A stretch of DNA of 64,000 bases from Polyangiales bacterium (GCA_044229975.1 JBGARZ010000001.1:608001-672000), one strand, 5' to 3'. Positions 1-10,166 are shown, counted from the first letter of the stretch. A program made the numbers and translations. The notes: generated by a model not told the origin, from the sequence alone.

Positions 1-2
1 TC

Positions 3-983
3 GAGCCCAACGTGGGCGACGTGGCCGTCCCGGAGCCCCGCCTGGAGGTGCTCGCGAAGATCGCCTCGTCGAAGGAGATCATCCCGGCGCGCATCAACTT
101 CGTCGACATCGCCGGGCTCGTGCGCGGGGCGTCCAAGGGCGAGGGGCTCGGCAACAAGTTTCTCGCCAACATCCGCGACTGCGACGCCGTGGCCTTCGTG
201 GCGCGCTGCTTCGTCGACACCGACATCATCCACGTCGAGAACCGCATCGACCCGCTCTCCGACCTCGAGATCATCGAGACGGAGCTCATGCTGGCCGACC
301 TGGAGAGCCTGGAGAAGCGCTCGGCCGCGCTGGAGAAGCGGATGCGCGGCGGCGACAAGGAGGCCATCCAGACGCTGCGCCTGGTGAAGGTGGCGATCGA
401 CCTGCTCAACGCCGGCAAGCCTGCGCGCGTCGCCGTCATCGAGAAGGAGGACGAGAAGGCCTGGGCGATGCTCCAGCTCATCACGTCGCTCCCCGCGCTG
501 TACGTGTGCAACGTCGACGAGGGCTCCGCGGACAAGGGCAACGCCCTCTCCGACAAGGTCGCCGCGCGCGCGGCGCAGGACGGCTCGCGCTCGGTGGTCA
601 TCTCCGCGAAGATCGAGAGCGAGATCGCCCTGCTCGCGGCCGACGAGCGCAAGGACTTCCTGGAGACGCTCGGGCTCGCCGAGCCGGGGCTCAACCGGCT
701 CATCCGCGAGGCGTACACGCTGCTCGGGCTGCGGACGTACTTCACCGTCGGCCCGAAGGAGACGCGGGCCTGGACCATCCGCGTGGGCGACACGGCGCCG
801 CAGGCCGCGGGGGTCATCCACACGGACTTCGAGAAGGGCTTCATCCGCGCCGAGACCATCGCGTACGAGGACTACGCGAAGTACAAGGGCGAGGCCGGGG
901 CGCGTGATGCGGGGAAGTTCCGCCTGGAAGGCAAGGAGTATCTGGTGCAGGACGGCGACGTGATGCACTTCCGCTTCACCTGA
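3..983 (+). CDS. ychF: Redox-regulated ATPase YchF (5' end outside window)
   Basis: DIAGLVRGASKGEGLGNKFL, TYFTVGPKETRAWT, AAGVIHTDFEKGFIRAE and GRLEGKEY-like C-terminal TGS motifs. Confidence 0.97.
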   Translation, partial: EPNVGDVAVPEPRLEVLAKIASSKEIIPARINFVDIAGLVRGASKGEGLGNKFLANIRDCDAVAFVARCFVDTDIIHVENRIDPLSDLEIIETELMLADLESLEKRSAALEKRMRGGDKEAIQTLRLVKVAIDLLNAGKPARVAVIEKEDEKAWAMLQLITSLPALYVCNVDEGSADKGNALSDKVAARAAQDGSRSVVISAKIESEIALLAADERKDFLETLGLAEPGLNRLIREAYTLLGLRTYFTVGPKETRAWTIRVGDTAPQAAGVIHTDFEKGFIRAETIAYEDYAKYKGEAGARDAGKFRLEGKEYLVQDGDVMHFRFT

Positions 984-1059
984 TGCGCCACCGCCTGCCT
1001 CCGCCGCGCACATGGCGTGCCGGGGGCGCGCAGGCGGTGATACAGTGCCGCCCGCCACC

Positions 1060-2172
1060 GTGAGTCTCCTGTCCCCGCCCTGGCTCGTAGACCCGCTGCC
1101 CTGGGAGGCCGCGGCGTCCCCCATCGAGATTCCCCGCGCACCCATCGACCCGGAGACGGAGTCGGCGTTGCAGCTCGGGCGGTACGTTCCGCTCTTCGGG
1201 TGGGGCGCGACGCAGGATGAGGCGCGGCGCGTGGTCGCCCTCGTGGCCCGGGCGTTTTCGACCGAGGCCGACCCGCGCAGCTTCGACGGCCTGTCGGCCA
1301 TGCTGCTGCACCCGACCCTCGGAACGCGCCCCGTCACCTACCTCGCCGACGCCATCCGGCACGGTCGCGCGCCGTCCTCGTGGGGGTCCGTCGCCCTCGG
1401 CGCCGCGGGCCTGCTCGGGGCAGGCGACGCGCTGCGCTCCGAGTTCGGCGAGTGCCTGCTGGACTGTCCGACGGTGCGGGCCGACGCGCTCCGCACGGTG
1501 GTGGTCGCGGGGGCCGAGCGGTACACGTTTCCCGAGTCGTACGCGCGGCTCTGCGCGGCCGAGAAGGAGATGGCGGGGACGCGCGAGTCGGAGCCCTTCA
1601 CGGCGCTGCGGGCGTGGTTCGAGCTGGTGGTGGCGCGGCGGTGGTCGGCCCTCGACGTGCTGCGCGAGACCCGGCTGGAGAAGCTGCCCGCGGCGGACGC
1701 GTGGCTGGTGTCGGCGGGGCTCTTCCTCGTGGGCGACGAGAGCGCGCGGTCGCGGATGACCGAGTACGCCGCGATGGCACTGGAGGGCCTGCACCCGGTG
1801 GCGCCGAAGGCGGTGGCGATGCTGGCGCGCGAGCTCGCCGAGCTGGTGTCGCAGCCCTGGTCGCTGCGATGGGACCACCTGCGCTGCGCGGCGGCGAAGG
1901 ACCACGCGGCGGCCGCCGTGCGCGCGTGGCTGAGCGCGGCACTGTACGAGCCGCACGACGAGGTGACGGGGCACGACACGCTGGGGCCCGAGCTCACACG
2001 CGCGGCGAAGGAAGCGCGGGCGCTGGTGGGGGGCTTCCTGCTCGACTGGTTCGTGCACGACCGCGAGGCGCGCTCGCGCATCGATCACTGGGTGGGGGAC
2101 GTGCTGCGGGTCTACCACCGGCTGCACGGCGCTTCGCTGTTGGGCGCGGCGCTGGACGAGGTGATCGGGTGA
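1060..2172 (+). CDS. Hypothetical protein
   Basis: Long ORF with GC3-rich codons; start uncertain (GTG 1060); stop overlaps next start (GTGA). Confidence 0.7.
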   Translation: MSLLSPPWLVDPLPWEAAASPIEIPRAPIDPETESALQLGRYVPLFGWGATQDEARRVVALVARAFSTEADPRSFDGLSAMLLHPTLGTRPVTYLADAIRHGRAPSSWGSVALGAAGLLGAGDALRSEFGECLLDCPTVRADALRTVVVAGAERYTFPESYARLCAAEKEMAGTRESEPFTALRAWFELVVARRWSALDVLRETRLEKLPAADAWLVSAGLFLVGDESARSRMTEYAAMALEGLHPVAPKAVAMLARELAELVSQPWSLRWDHLRCAAAKDHAAAAVRAWLSAALYEPHDEVTGHDTLGPELTRAAKEARALVGGFLLDWFVHDREARSRIDHWVGDVLRVYHRLHGASLLGAALDEVIG

Positions 2173-3218
2173 GCTCCTTCGACGACGCCATCGACGCCCT
2201 CCACGAGTGCACGACCGGCTGGAACCGCGGTGCCACGCCCGGCACCATCTCCCGCTGCGCGGTGTTGTTCGATGCGGCGGCGAAGTGTGGTGATCCGCGT
2301 GCGGCCGTCGGGGCCGCGGTGGCGCGTGGGCTCGCGGGCGACCACGAGGGCGGCCGTCGTCGCTTGCTGGAGGCGACCGAGCGCTGGCCCGAGCACGCGG
2401 GCTCGTACGTGGCGCTGGGGATGCTGGCGCTGCGCTCCAACGACGTGCTGGCCAATGCCGCGGAGGCGTCATGGGCGTTGACGGCAGCGCGCTCGCTGGC
2501 CCCGTCGGTGGGGTGCATCGAGCGCTCGCTGGCGCAGGCGCTGGCGGCGCAGGGCGAGTTCATGGGGGCGCTGCAGTCGGCGCGGGCGGCCCTGGCCATC
2601 GACCACGACGACGACGAGGCGCGGCTCTGGTCGTCGCTGATGCGGCTGTATTTCGGGGGCGACGTGTCGGCCTCGGCGGTGCTGGTGGAGCTCCCGGGCG
2701 AGGCCCTCCTGCGTGGCCGCTCGACGGCGGTGTGGCTCGGCGCGGTGGCGGGGTACTACGCGCGCGGGGAGTTTCACGAGGCGCGGGTGACGCTGCGCAA
2801 GGCCATCGCGCCCTTCAAGGCGGGGCCATCGCCCGAGAAGCCGCTGGTCGACAGCGCGCGGCGGTGGTTTCGCGAGCTGCGCGGGTTTGGCGGGGGCGTT
2901 CCGATGACGGGCGAGCGCTGGGTGCGCGACGTGGGCGGGGCGCAGAGCGAGTACGTGCGCACGCGCGGGGCGCTGTCGGCCTTTCGCGACGCCATCGCGC
3001 AAGCGGGGGCGCGGCCGCAGGCGGAGGGCGTGACGGTGCTCGACGTCGACGGCGCGCTCGGCGCGATGGAGGCGCGGGCGCGGCGCGGGATGCTGGAGTA
3101 CGGCGCGCGGCTGATGGTCCGCGGGTTCGCGGAGGCGTACCTGCCGATGGTGGCGTGCCTCGAACCGCCGCCGCTGGAGATGCTCGCCGCGATGGGGTTG
3201 GTGCGGCTCGACGGATGA
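2169..3218 (+). CDS. Hypothetical TPR-like helical protein
   Basis: GTG overlaps upstream TGA; TPR-like segments (LAQALAAQGEFMGALQSARAALAIDHDD). Confidence 0.7.
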   Translation: MSSFDDAIDALHECTTGWNRGATPGTISRCAVLFDAAAKCGDPRAAVGAAVARGLAGDHEGGRRRLLEATERWPEHAGSYVALGMLALRSNDVLANAAEASWALTAARSLAPSVGCIERSLAQALAAQGEFMGALQSARAALAIDHDDDEARLWSSLMRLYFGGDVSASAVLVELPGEALLRGRSTAVWLGAVAGYYARGEFHEARVTLRKAIAPFKAGPSPEKPLVDSARRWFRELRGFGGGVPMTGERWVRDVGGAQSEYVRTRGALSAFRDAIAQAGARPQAEGVTVLDVDGALGAMEARARRGMLEYGARLMVRGFAEAYLPMVACLEPPPLEMLAAMGLVRLDG

Positions 3219-3251
3219 CTTCACCGATCGAAAGGGTCTAGGGTTGCGGGC

Positions 3252-5282
3252 GTGATCCGACTCGAGGTCGAGAGTGGCGAGGCGAAGGGGCGGGTCTTCG
3301 AGCGGGACGTGGCCGAGGTCGCGCTGGGTCGTGCGCCCAACGCCGACCTGCTCATCCCCGACTGGCACGTGTCGGGCGCGCACGGGGTCATCACGGTGGC
3401 GCCGGAGAGCGGCGTGGTGCGCTACCGCGACCTGAAGAGCACCAACGGATCACGGGTCGTACGCGCGGGGCAGACGCTCTCCGTGGACTCCACGGTGGGC
3501 TTCGAGGTCACGCTGAAGGACGGCGATCGGCTCCAGCTCGGCGACCACGACCGGCCCGTCCTGGTGGGCGTCGCGATCCAGGTGCTGCCGGCGACGACGC
3601 CGTTTCTGCCGACGACGGGCTCGATGCTGTCGGCGACGATTCCGCCGCGGGCGGATGGGATCTCGGTGCTGCGCGCGCCGACGGTTCCGACGCCGGACGA
3701 GCCCGAGGCCAAGGTGCTGGTGATGCGCCCGGTCGAGGCCGTGGCGGAGATTCAGCGCAGCGTCGAGAGCGACCCCGGGTCACTCAAGGGGCTGCTCTCG
3801 GTGCTGCGAAAGCTGACGGGTGGCATCGACCTCGACGAGGTCTTTGACGCCATCGAGCACGCGGTCTTCGAGGCGGTGCCGAAGGCGACGCACCTGACGC
3901 TGGCGCTGCGCGACGACAGCACGGAGAAGCCGACCTACGTGCCGGTGACGACGCGGGTGCGCGGGGGCACCGGGAAGCCGGGTGAGCCGGTTCCGGTGTC
4001 CAAGAGTGTCGTGAAGAAGGTGGTCGAGCAGCGGGCGGCGGTGCTCGCGGCCGACGCGATGCGCGAGGTGGGCGAGACCGCGAGCATCATGGGGGCGAAG
4101 ATCCTGTCGACGATGGGGGTTCCGCTCTGGAAGGGCGACGAGATCCTCGGGGTGTTGCAGGTGGACAACCGCGCGCAGCCCGGGATGTTCAAAGACCGCG
4201 ACCTCGACCTGCTGATGCTGGTGGGCCAGCAGGCGAGCCTGGCGGTGCACAACGCGCGGCTCTACCGGCAGGTGAAGCAGTCGGAGATGAGCGCGCGGAC
4301 GGAGAACTCCTTCCTCAAGCAGCGCGCGCAGAAGAAGTTCGAGGGGATCATCGGCGACTCGCGCGAGATGAAGTCGCTCTTCGACAAGATCGCGAAGGTG
4401 GTCGACACGCGGGTGAGCGTGCTGATCGAGGGCGAGACGGGCACCGGCAAGGAGCTCGTCGCGAGCGCGATGCACTACCAGTCGCGGCGGAAGGACCGGC
4501 TCTTCATCGCGCAGAACTGCGCGGCGCTGCCGGAGACGCTGCTGGAGAGCGAGCTCTTCGGGCACAAGAAGGGCGCGTTTACGGGCGCGACGGAGGACAA
4601 GAAGGGCCTCTTCGAGCTGGCCGACGGCGGGACGCTCTTCCTCGACGAGATCGGCGAGATGCCGCTCGGGTTGCAGGCGAAGATCCTGCGGACGTTGCAG
4701 GAGGGCGAGGTCCGGCCGCTGGGCAGCGGGCACGTGCGCAACGTGGACGTGCGCATCGTCGCAGCGACCAACCGGCGGCTCGAAGACGAGGTGTCCGCGG
4801 GGAGGTTTCGGCAGGACCTCTACTACCGGTTGCAGGTGTTTCCGGTGCGGATTCCGGCGTTGCGCGAGCGGCGCGAGGACATCCCCACGCTCGCGCAGCA
4901 CTTCCTCAAGCGGTACACGCAGGAGATGGGCAAGCCCGTCGCGGGCTTCTCGCAGCAGGCGATGGAGCTGCTGATGTCCTACGAGTTTCCGGGCAACGTG
5001 CGGGAGCTCGAAAACGAGGTGCAGCGGCTGGTGATCCAGTGCGAGCCGAGCGGGTACGTGATGGCCGAGCACCTGTCGCCGCGCATCCGCAACATCGAGG
5101 GCCTGCTCGATCGCATCCGTCCGCCGCGCGGGACGCTCAAGGACATGATGGAGCACATCGAGAAGTGGATGCTCATCGAGGCGCTGCGCGAGCACGGCAA
5201 CAACAAGAGCGCGACCGCGAAGACGCTGGGCATCACCCGCGAGGGCCTGCACAAGAAGCTCAAGGGCTACGGCATCAGCTGA
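3252..5282 (+). CDS. Sigma54-dependent enhancer-binding protein, FHA-GAF-AAA+-Fis HTH
   Basis: FHA (GRAP..VSGAHG..DLKSTNGS), GAF, GETGTGKE, ESELFGHKKGAFTGA, LFLDEIGEM, FRQDLYYRL, C-terminal HTH. Confidence 0.95.
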   Translation: MIRLEVESGEAKGRVFERDVAEVALGRAPNADLLIPDWHVSGAHGVITVAPESGVVRYRDLKSTNGSRVVRAGQTLSVDSTVGFEVTLKDGDRLQLGDHDRPVLVGVAIQVLPATTPFLPTTGSMLSATIPPRADGISVLRAPTVPTPDEPEAKVLVMRPVEAVAEIQRSVESDPGSLKGLLSVLRKLTGGIDLDEVFDAIEHAVFEAVPKATHLTLALRDDSTEKPTYVPVTTRVRGGTGKPGEPVPVSKSVVKKVVEQRAAVLAADAMREVGETASIMGAKILSTMGVPLWKGDEILGVLQVDNRAQPGMFKDRDLDLLMLVGQQASLAVHNARLYRQVKQSEMSARTENSFLKQRAQKKFEGIIGDSREMKSLFDKIAKVVDTRVSVLIEGETGTGKELVASAMHYQSRRKDRLFIAQNCAALPETLLESELFGHKKGAFTGATEDKKGLFELADGGTLFLDEIGEMPLGLQAKILRTLQEGEVRPLGSGHVRNVDVRIVAATNRRLEDEVSAGRFRQDLYYRLQVFPVRIPALRERREDIPTLAQHFLKRYTQEMGKPVAGFSQQAMELLMSYEFPGNVRELENEVQRLVIQCEPSGYVMAEHLSPRIRNIEGLLDRIRPPRGTLKDMMEHIEKWMLIEALREHGNNKSATAKTLGITREGLHKKLKGYGIS

Positions 5283-5289
5283 GCGGGGC

Positions 5290-5985
5290 CTACTCTTCGG
5301 GCGTCGCAGGGATGGTCGCCATCCTCGCTTCGATGACGTCCCTCGACGGATCGTTGACCTGCATCGCGTCGAGCCAGCGGGCGCGCGGCACGGGGCGGTC
5401 GCGGAGCCATTGAAGCGCACGAGGCCAGGCGCGCTCGACCGAAGGTCCATAGGCCGCGCGTGCCTTGCTCCAGGCGGCCTCGGGAAGATTGCCGAGGGTG
5501 TGCTCCAGCACCAGCAGGTCGATGACGTCGCGCCCCATGGTGGCGTCGTCCCAGAGGCGGTCTTCGTTGGCGAGGAGCTTCTCTGCCACGAGGTCGACGT
5601 CGTCGAGCCGCGCGACGGGCAGCGCGGGGTCGTCGGTTCCGACGAGGTCGATGCGCCCTTCGCTGACGATCTCCAGCTTGACGGGCGCGCCATCGACGTC
5701 GACCGCCATCCGGATGCCGTAGCGGTCGACGCGTGGCTCGCGCACGAGCGCAACGGGGGCGCGGAAGAGCCCACGCGCCCCGTCGTGATGGACGCGCTCG
5801 CGCAGCAGTCGGTAGCCGTCGCGCGACGAGCAGAGGAAGTCGACGTCGCGGGAGACGCGAAACTCCCCGCAGCGGAGCGACACCGCGGACCCGCCACCAA
5901 ACCAGCAGCCCGCGGCGCGGAAGAGGTCGGCGTCGACGAGGTCGAGCAGCGCGACGACGCGTCGGTTCTCGGGGCGCTCAGCCAA
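5290..5985 (-). CDS. Nucleotidyltransferase AbiEii/AbiGii-family toxin
   Basis: FGGGSAVSL...RVSRDVDF, DRYGIR, KLEIVSEGRI, EKLLANEDR..RDVIDL; TTG start overlaps upstream small ORF. Confidence 0.85.
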   Translation of the reverse strand: MAERPENRRVVALLDLVDADLFRAAGCWFGGGSAVSLRCGEFRVSRDVDFLCSSRDGYRLLRERVHHDGARGLFRAPVALVREPRVDRYGIRMAVDVDGAPVKLEIVSEGRIDLVGTDDPALPVARLDDVDLVAEKLLANEDRLWDDATMGRDVIDLLVLEHTLGNLPEAAWSKARAAYGPSVERAWPRALQWLRDRPVPRARWLDAMQVNDPSRDVIEARMATIPATPEE

Positions 5986-6175
5986 GGAAGACTCCGCGGC
6001 CGATGCGGGCGACGAGGTCATCGAAGAAGCGCCGCTCATACGGGGTCATCCTGGCGGGCTCGACCCATTGCCGGTTGGCCTCGTAGAGGGCGAGGGCCTC
6101 CTCCTCGGAGATCTCGTCGGACGAGCGGCTCCAGAGAAGGAAACGAAGCTGGGGGAGGTCGTCGCCGACGCGCAT
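5978..6175 (-). CDS. Small putative antitoxin partner of the AbiEii-type toxin (65 aa)
   Basis: PQLRFLLWS..EEALALYEANRQWVE..MTPYER pattern; translationally coupled to the toxin. Confidence 0.7.
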   Translation of the reverse strand: MRVGDDLPQLRFLLWSRSSDEISEEEALALYEANRQWVEPARMTPYERRFFDDLVARIGRGVFLG

Positions 6176-6221
6176 GATGGGCGGCGGAGAGTATAGACTC
6201 GGCCACGAGGAGCGAACGACG

Positions 6222-7289
6222 TTGATCAAGGAGTTCACGGCGCAGGGTTACGGGTGCCTATCGGGCACGACAGTGAGAGATCTCACTCCGTTGCATGCGT
6301 TCATCGGTCCCAACGACAGCGGAAAGAGCACGTTGTTGAAGGCAGTGCGAGCGCTGTGCATCGCCGCAAGTCGGACAGAAGGGCTGGCTCGCACTCCGCT
6401 GGTGTCGGATGCCCTCGTGCAAGCGGCTCCGCGTACCAACCGCCCGCTATCGCTTCGAGCCAGCATCGCGAGTGGCGAGCAATACAACGTCAGTTGGAGT
6501 CGCAATTGGTGGGAGTCGAGAGTCCACGGGACCAGCCATCAGAACGGTGACACCGACGAAGCAAGTCTGCTTTTGCGTCAGAGGCAGCCGGGCATCGATG
6601 ACCCTTTGCTGCTCGCACTCTCTGGGGTCCGCATGGTGCGCCTGCGGCCGGAGGATCTTCGGCAAGCAACTCCGCTGTTGGATGGCGACTTGCTGTTGGA
6701 ATTCCGCAACGAACGTGGTCTCGGCCTTGGTGCCGTGCTCGACGCCGTCCGTGACCGAAATGAAGACGCATGGAGAGCGTTGCTCGAAGACGTGAGGGCT
6801 CACTTTCCAAACGTTCGTCGCCTTCAGTTGCAGGTCCATGGGGACGGGAAGACCGTCGCTGCTGAGCTCCTCGACGGGACCCGCGTTGGAGTCGACGAAC
6901 TCAGCGAGGGTTTCCTCTACTACCTCGCGTTCGCGGCGATGCGACACCTCGACCCGGTGGCCATTCTCTGCGTCGAAGAACCAGAGAACGGCCTGCACCC
7001 CGCACGCATCCGCGAGGTCATGGGCATCCTCCGCGCGATCAGCGCAGCGGGCACGCAGGTGCTGCTCACTACGCACAGCCCCCTTCTCGTGAACGAGCTG
7101 TTGCCGACCGAGGTGACCGTACTCACACGGCCGAAGGACGGTGGAACTGTCGCGACGCGAATGGCCGACATCCCGCTCTACCGCGAGCGCATCGAGAGGG
7201 ATGCGTTGATGCCCGGCGAGTTCTGGGCGAGCTACTGTGACGGGAAGTTCGAGGAGCCGATGCTCAAACCAACCCCACTGGAGAGCTGA
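6222..7289 (+). CDS. ABC-type (AAA_21/AAA_15-like) ATPase
   Basis: Walker A GPNDSGKST, LSEG signature, Walker B/D-loop VEEPENGLHP, TTHSP H-loop; GAGGAG RBS before TTG. Confidence 0.9.
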   Translation: MIKEFTAQGYGCLSGTTVRDLTPLHAFIGPNDSGKSTLLKAVRALCIAASRTEGLARTPLVSDALVQAAPRTNRPLSLRASIASGEQYNVSWSRNWWESRVHGTSHQNGDTDEASLLLRQRQPGIDDPLLLALSGVRMVRLRPEDLRQATPLLDGDLLLEFRNERGLGLGAVLDAVRDRNEDAWRALLEDVRAHFPNVRRLQLQVHGDGKTVAAELLDGTRVGVDELSEGFLYYLAFAAMRHLDPVAILCVEEPENGLHPARIREVMGILRAISAAGTQVLLTTHSPLLVNELLPTEVTVLTRPKDGGTVATRMADIPLYRERIERDALMPGEFWASYCDGKFEEPMLKPTPLES

Positions 7290-7291
7290 CC

Positions 7292-7696
7292 GTGCAGACC
7301 ACCGTCGAAAGCATCGCCAACGAGTGGAAGCGGAAGCGACTCCGTCTCGGAGAGGAGCGTTCGCCGATCAAGCGCATGTCCATTGTCGCAGCGGTCAATG
7401 AGCTCGCGTCTCTTGGTAGCGCTGAGCGTGAAGCGAAGGCATTGGAGTTCTTGGTGGACGTCATCGACTCTGCGCTTGAGGTGGGAGACTACGGTTGGTG
7501 CGGCGACTTCCTCGACGCTCTCGACGTGTCCTCGCTACGCGACGACGTCGCGCTCTCGCCCTTGGTGGGAACCTTCATCGCTCGATCGCCTCTGCGCGAT
7601 CCGAGAGAACGCTACGCTGACCGTTTGCGGAGGGTGTTGACCAGGCGAGCCTGGGCGCCCACCGAGATCGCGCACGCCATCGACGATCTGATGTAG
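7292..7696 (+). CDS. Hypothetical alpha-helical protein
   Basis: 134-aa ORF 2 bp after the ATPase stop; atypical codon usage. Confidence 0.7.
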   Translation: MQTTVESIANEWKRKRLRLGEERSPIKRMSIVAAVNELASLGSAEREAKALEFLVDVIDSALEVGDYGWCGDFLDALDVSSLRDDVALSPLVGTFIARSPLRDPRERYADRLRRVLTRRAWAPTEIAHAIDDLM

Positions 7697-7704
7697 CTCG
7701 ACTC

Positions 7705-8388
7705 GTGGACCTCGATCGCATCAAGACCGGCGAGGAAGTCACCGCGACCTTTGGTCGCGAAGGGCAGCCTACGTTCGCCCTGTGGTTGCAGTGCGATGGA
7801 TTTGCCGGTCCCTGGCACATGGGCGTCGCGTTTCGTGAGGTCGGACGATCGACGATCACTCGACTGGAGCAACTCGCCCACGGCCTGCGGCTTGGTCAGA
7901 ACATCGACCCCGGCACACGCTGGTGGATCTTCCTGCCGACCGACCGCGCGACTCGCGTCCGCGTCGGAAACGCCATGCGGCGATTGCGGCGCGCTGCCGC
8001 GCAACAGCATCCACTCCCATATGGCTGCCTCTACTCGGGCGGACTCATCGACGATGCGGGTATGTACCAAGCCGCTCCGGAGGAGATGGGCCTGATTTGC
8101 GTGAGCCTCGTGCTCGCTGTCTTCGAGGGCGTCGGCTGGCCGCTCGTCGACCGATCGACTTGGATCGCGCGCGAACTCCCCGAAGCGCTCGTGACGGCCT
8201 TGCGCCACGATCTCCCCGACGTCGAGTACGAGCGCTTCCTCGCCGACCAGAGCCTCCTCGTGCTTCCTTCGGAAGTCGCTGGCGCCTGCCTCTTCACGCT
8301 TCCACGCGTCCCACTTTCGCAGGCCCGTGTCGGCGCCGAGCACTTCGAAGAGCAAGCCCGCCTTCGCGCGACGACCACCGCCTCCTGA
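7705..8388 (+). CDS. Hypothetical protein, possible permuted papain-like (NlpC/P60, YiiX-like) enzyme
   Basis: N-terminal HMGV, central PYG, then GLICVSLVLAVFEGVG (His-before-Cys order). Confidence 0.55.
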   Translation: MDLDRIKTGEEVTATFGREGQPTFALWLQCDGFAGPWHMGVAFREVGRSTITRLEQLAHGLRLGQNIDPGTRWWIFLPTDRATRVRVGNAMRRLRRAAAQQHPLPYGCLYSGGLIDDAGMYQAAPEEMGLICVSLVLAVFEGVGWPLVDRSTWIARELPEALVTALRHDLPDVEYERFLADQSLLVLPSEVAGACLFTLPRVPLSQARVGAEHFEEQARLRATTTAS

Positions 8389-8444
8389 CGCCCCTCTGCC
8401 AGATACCTCCGCCCCTCCCCGCGCCGTCGATACACTCCCTCCCC

Positions 8445-10166
8445 ATGCGCGTCCGATCGCCATGGCCCACCTTCCTTCTCCTCTCGGCCCTGCTCTCCGC
8501 CTGTGACACCGGCCGCTCGGTCGTCGGCGGCCCCCTCCTCGACGTGCCCGATTCGCTCGACGCCCCCGACGTCCCCTCCCCCCTCGATGCGCCCGACGTG
8601 CCTGCCCCCATCGACACGCCCGACGTCCCCGACGTCCCGCCCGCGCCCATCGACCTCCCGCCCCTCCGCTGCACCGCCGACGCCGACTGCGTCGGCAGCG
8701 CCGCCGGGCCCGCCTGCGACATCCCGTCGGGCCTTTGCGTCGCCTGCACCGCCGCCTCCGATCGTTGCCCCGCTGGCCAGTACTGCGTCGTCTCCATGCA
8801 CCGCTGCGCCGCCGGCTGCCGCGACGACGCCGCGTGCGCCTCCGCCTCCGACGCCGGCGTCTCCGCCACCCGCTGCGACCCCACCAGCCACGCCTGCGTC
8901 GCGTGCCTCACCGACGCCCACTGCCCCACCGGAACCCTCTGCGTCGGCAACACCTGCGTCGTCGGCTGCACCTCCTCCGATCGTTGCCCCACCGGCCACG
9001 CGTGCTGCTCCGGCGCCTGCGTCGACCCGCAGTCCAACGTCGCCCACTGCGGCGCCTGCGACCGCGTCTGCTCCGTCCCCAACGGCTCGCCCGCGTGCCG
9101 CAACGCCCTCTGCGCCGTCGGCGCGTGCACCGCTCCCTTCGCCGACTGCGATGGCCTCCCCTCCAACGGATGCGAGGTCGACACCGCCTCCTCGGCCGAC
9201 CACTGCGGCGCCTGCAACCGCCCCTGCGCCGCGCGACCGCACGCCACCGCGCGCTGCTCAGGCGCAGCCTGCGCGTACACCTGCGAGACCGGCTTCGCTG
9301 ACTGCGACGGCGACACCACCAACGGCTGCGAGGCCGACACGCGCACCAGCACCGACCACTGCGGCGCCTGCACCAACCGCTGCGCCATCCCCAACGCGAC
9401 GGCCGCCTGCGTCGCCGGGAGCTGCGCCATCGCCGCGTGCACCACCGGCCGCGCCAACTGCAACGCCGACCTCACCGACGGCTGCGAGGCCGCCACCGCC
9501 ACCGACGCCACCCACTGCGGCGCCTGCGGAACCGTCTGCCCCGAGGTCGGCGGCGCCCGTCGGTGCATCGCGGGGAGCTGCTCGGCCCGGAACTGCGCCG
9601 CAGTGCTCTCGGCGCTCCCCGGAGCGACGAGCGGACCGTACCTCCTCGACCTCGACGGCGACGGACCGAGCGTCGCGCGCATCTTCTCCTGCGACATGCG
9701 CGATGGGGGATGGACCATCGTGGCCAACCAGGTTCCGGCGGAGCTGCTCGCGGACGTGAACGACACCGTCGGGGAGACGGTGTTTGGTCAGCTCGATCAC
9801 TCGTGGCGGCTGGGCAACCCGGACATCACCCGCGTGCGTCCGACCGTCGCGTGGCGCCTCTCCGACGAGCTGACCAACGCGTACGTGGTGCCCGCGTGCA
9901 TCGTCGACTGGAGCCGCAACTACACCGACGTGATGTTCGCGACCGAGTGCACCATCGGGTACACGACCCCGGCGCTCAACGTCGTCCTCAACGGCGCGTG
10001 GGTCTACTGCTCCGCCCGCGGCATCGGCATCAACAACACGGCCCGCCACTGCTCCATCCGCATGAACGAAGGCGGCTTCGGGCGAGCCGGCGGAGCGCTC
10101 GCCAACGGGCGCGCCTACACCTGCGACTACAACACCGTGCGACGCGTCTCGCTCGCGTTTCGCTGA
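8445..10166 (+). CDS. Cys-rich repeat lipoprotein with C-terminal fibrinogen-like domain start
   Basis: Lipobox LLSAC; HCGAC and DCDG..NGCE repeats; SGPYLLDLDGDG..CDM..GGWT motif. Confidence 0.85.
   Translation: MRVRSPWPTFLLLSALLSACDTGRSVVGGPLLDVPDSLDAPDVPSPLDAPDVPAPIDTPDVPDVPPAPIDLPPLRCTADADCVGSAAGPACDIPSGLCVACTAASDRCPAGQYCVVSMHRCAAGCRDDAACASASDAGVSATRCDPTSHACVACLTDAHCPTGTLCVGNTCVVGCTSSDRCPTGHACCSGACVDPQSNVAHCGACDRVCSVPNGSPACRNALCAVGACTAPFADCDGLPSNGCEVDTASSADHCGACNRPCAARPHATARCSGAACAYTCETGFADCDGDTTNGCEADTRTSTDHCGACTNRCAIPNATAACVAGSCAIAACTTGRANCNADLTDGCEAATATDATHCGACGTVCPEVGGARRCIAGSCSARNCAAVLSALPGATSGPYLLDLDGDGPSVARIFSCDMRDGGWTIVANQVPAELLADVNDTVGETVFGQLDHSWRLGNPDITRVRPTVAWRLSDELTNAYVVPACIVDWSRNYTDVMFATECTIGYTTPALNVVLNGAWVYCSARGIGINNTARHCSIRMNEGGFGRAGGALANGRAYTCDYNTVRRVSLAFR

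Noticed and set aside
7277..7289. CTGGAGAGCT match to the dispersed repeat core
   Set aside because: Only about 10 bp, inside coding sequence, with no flanking similarity
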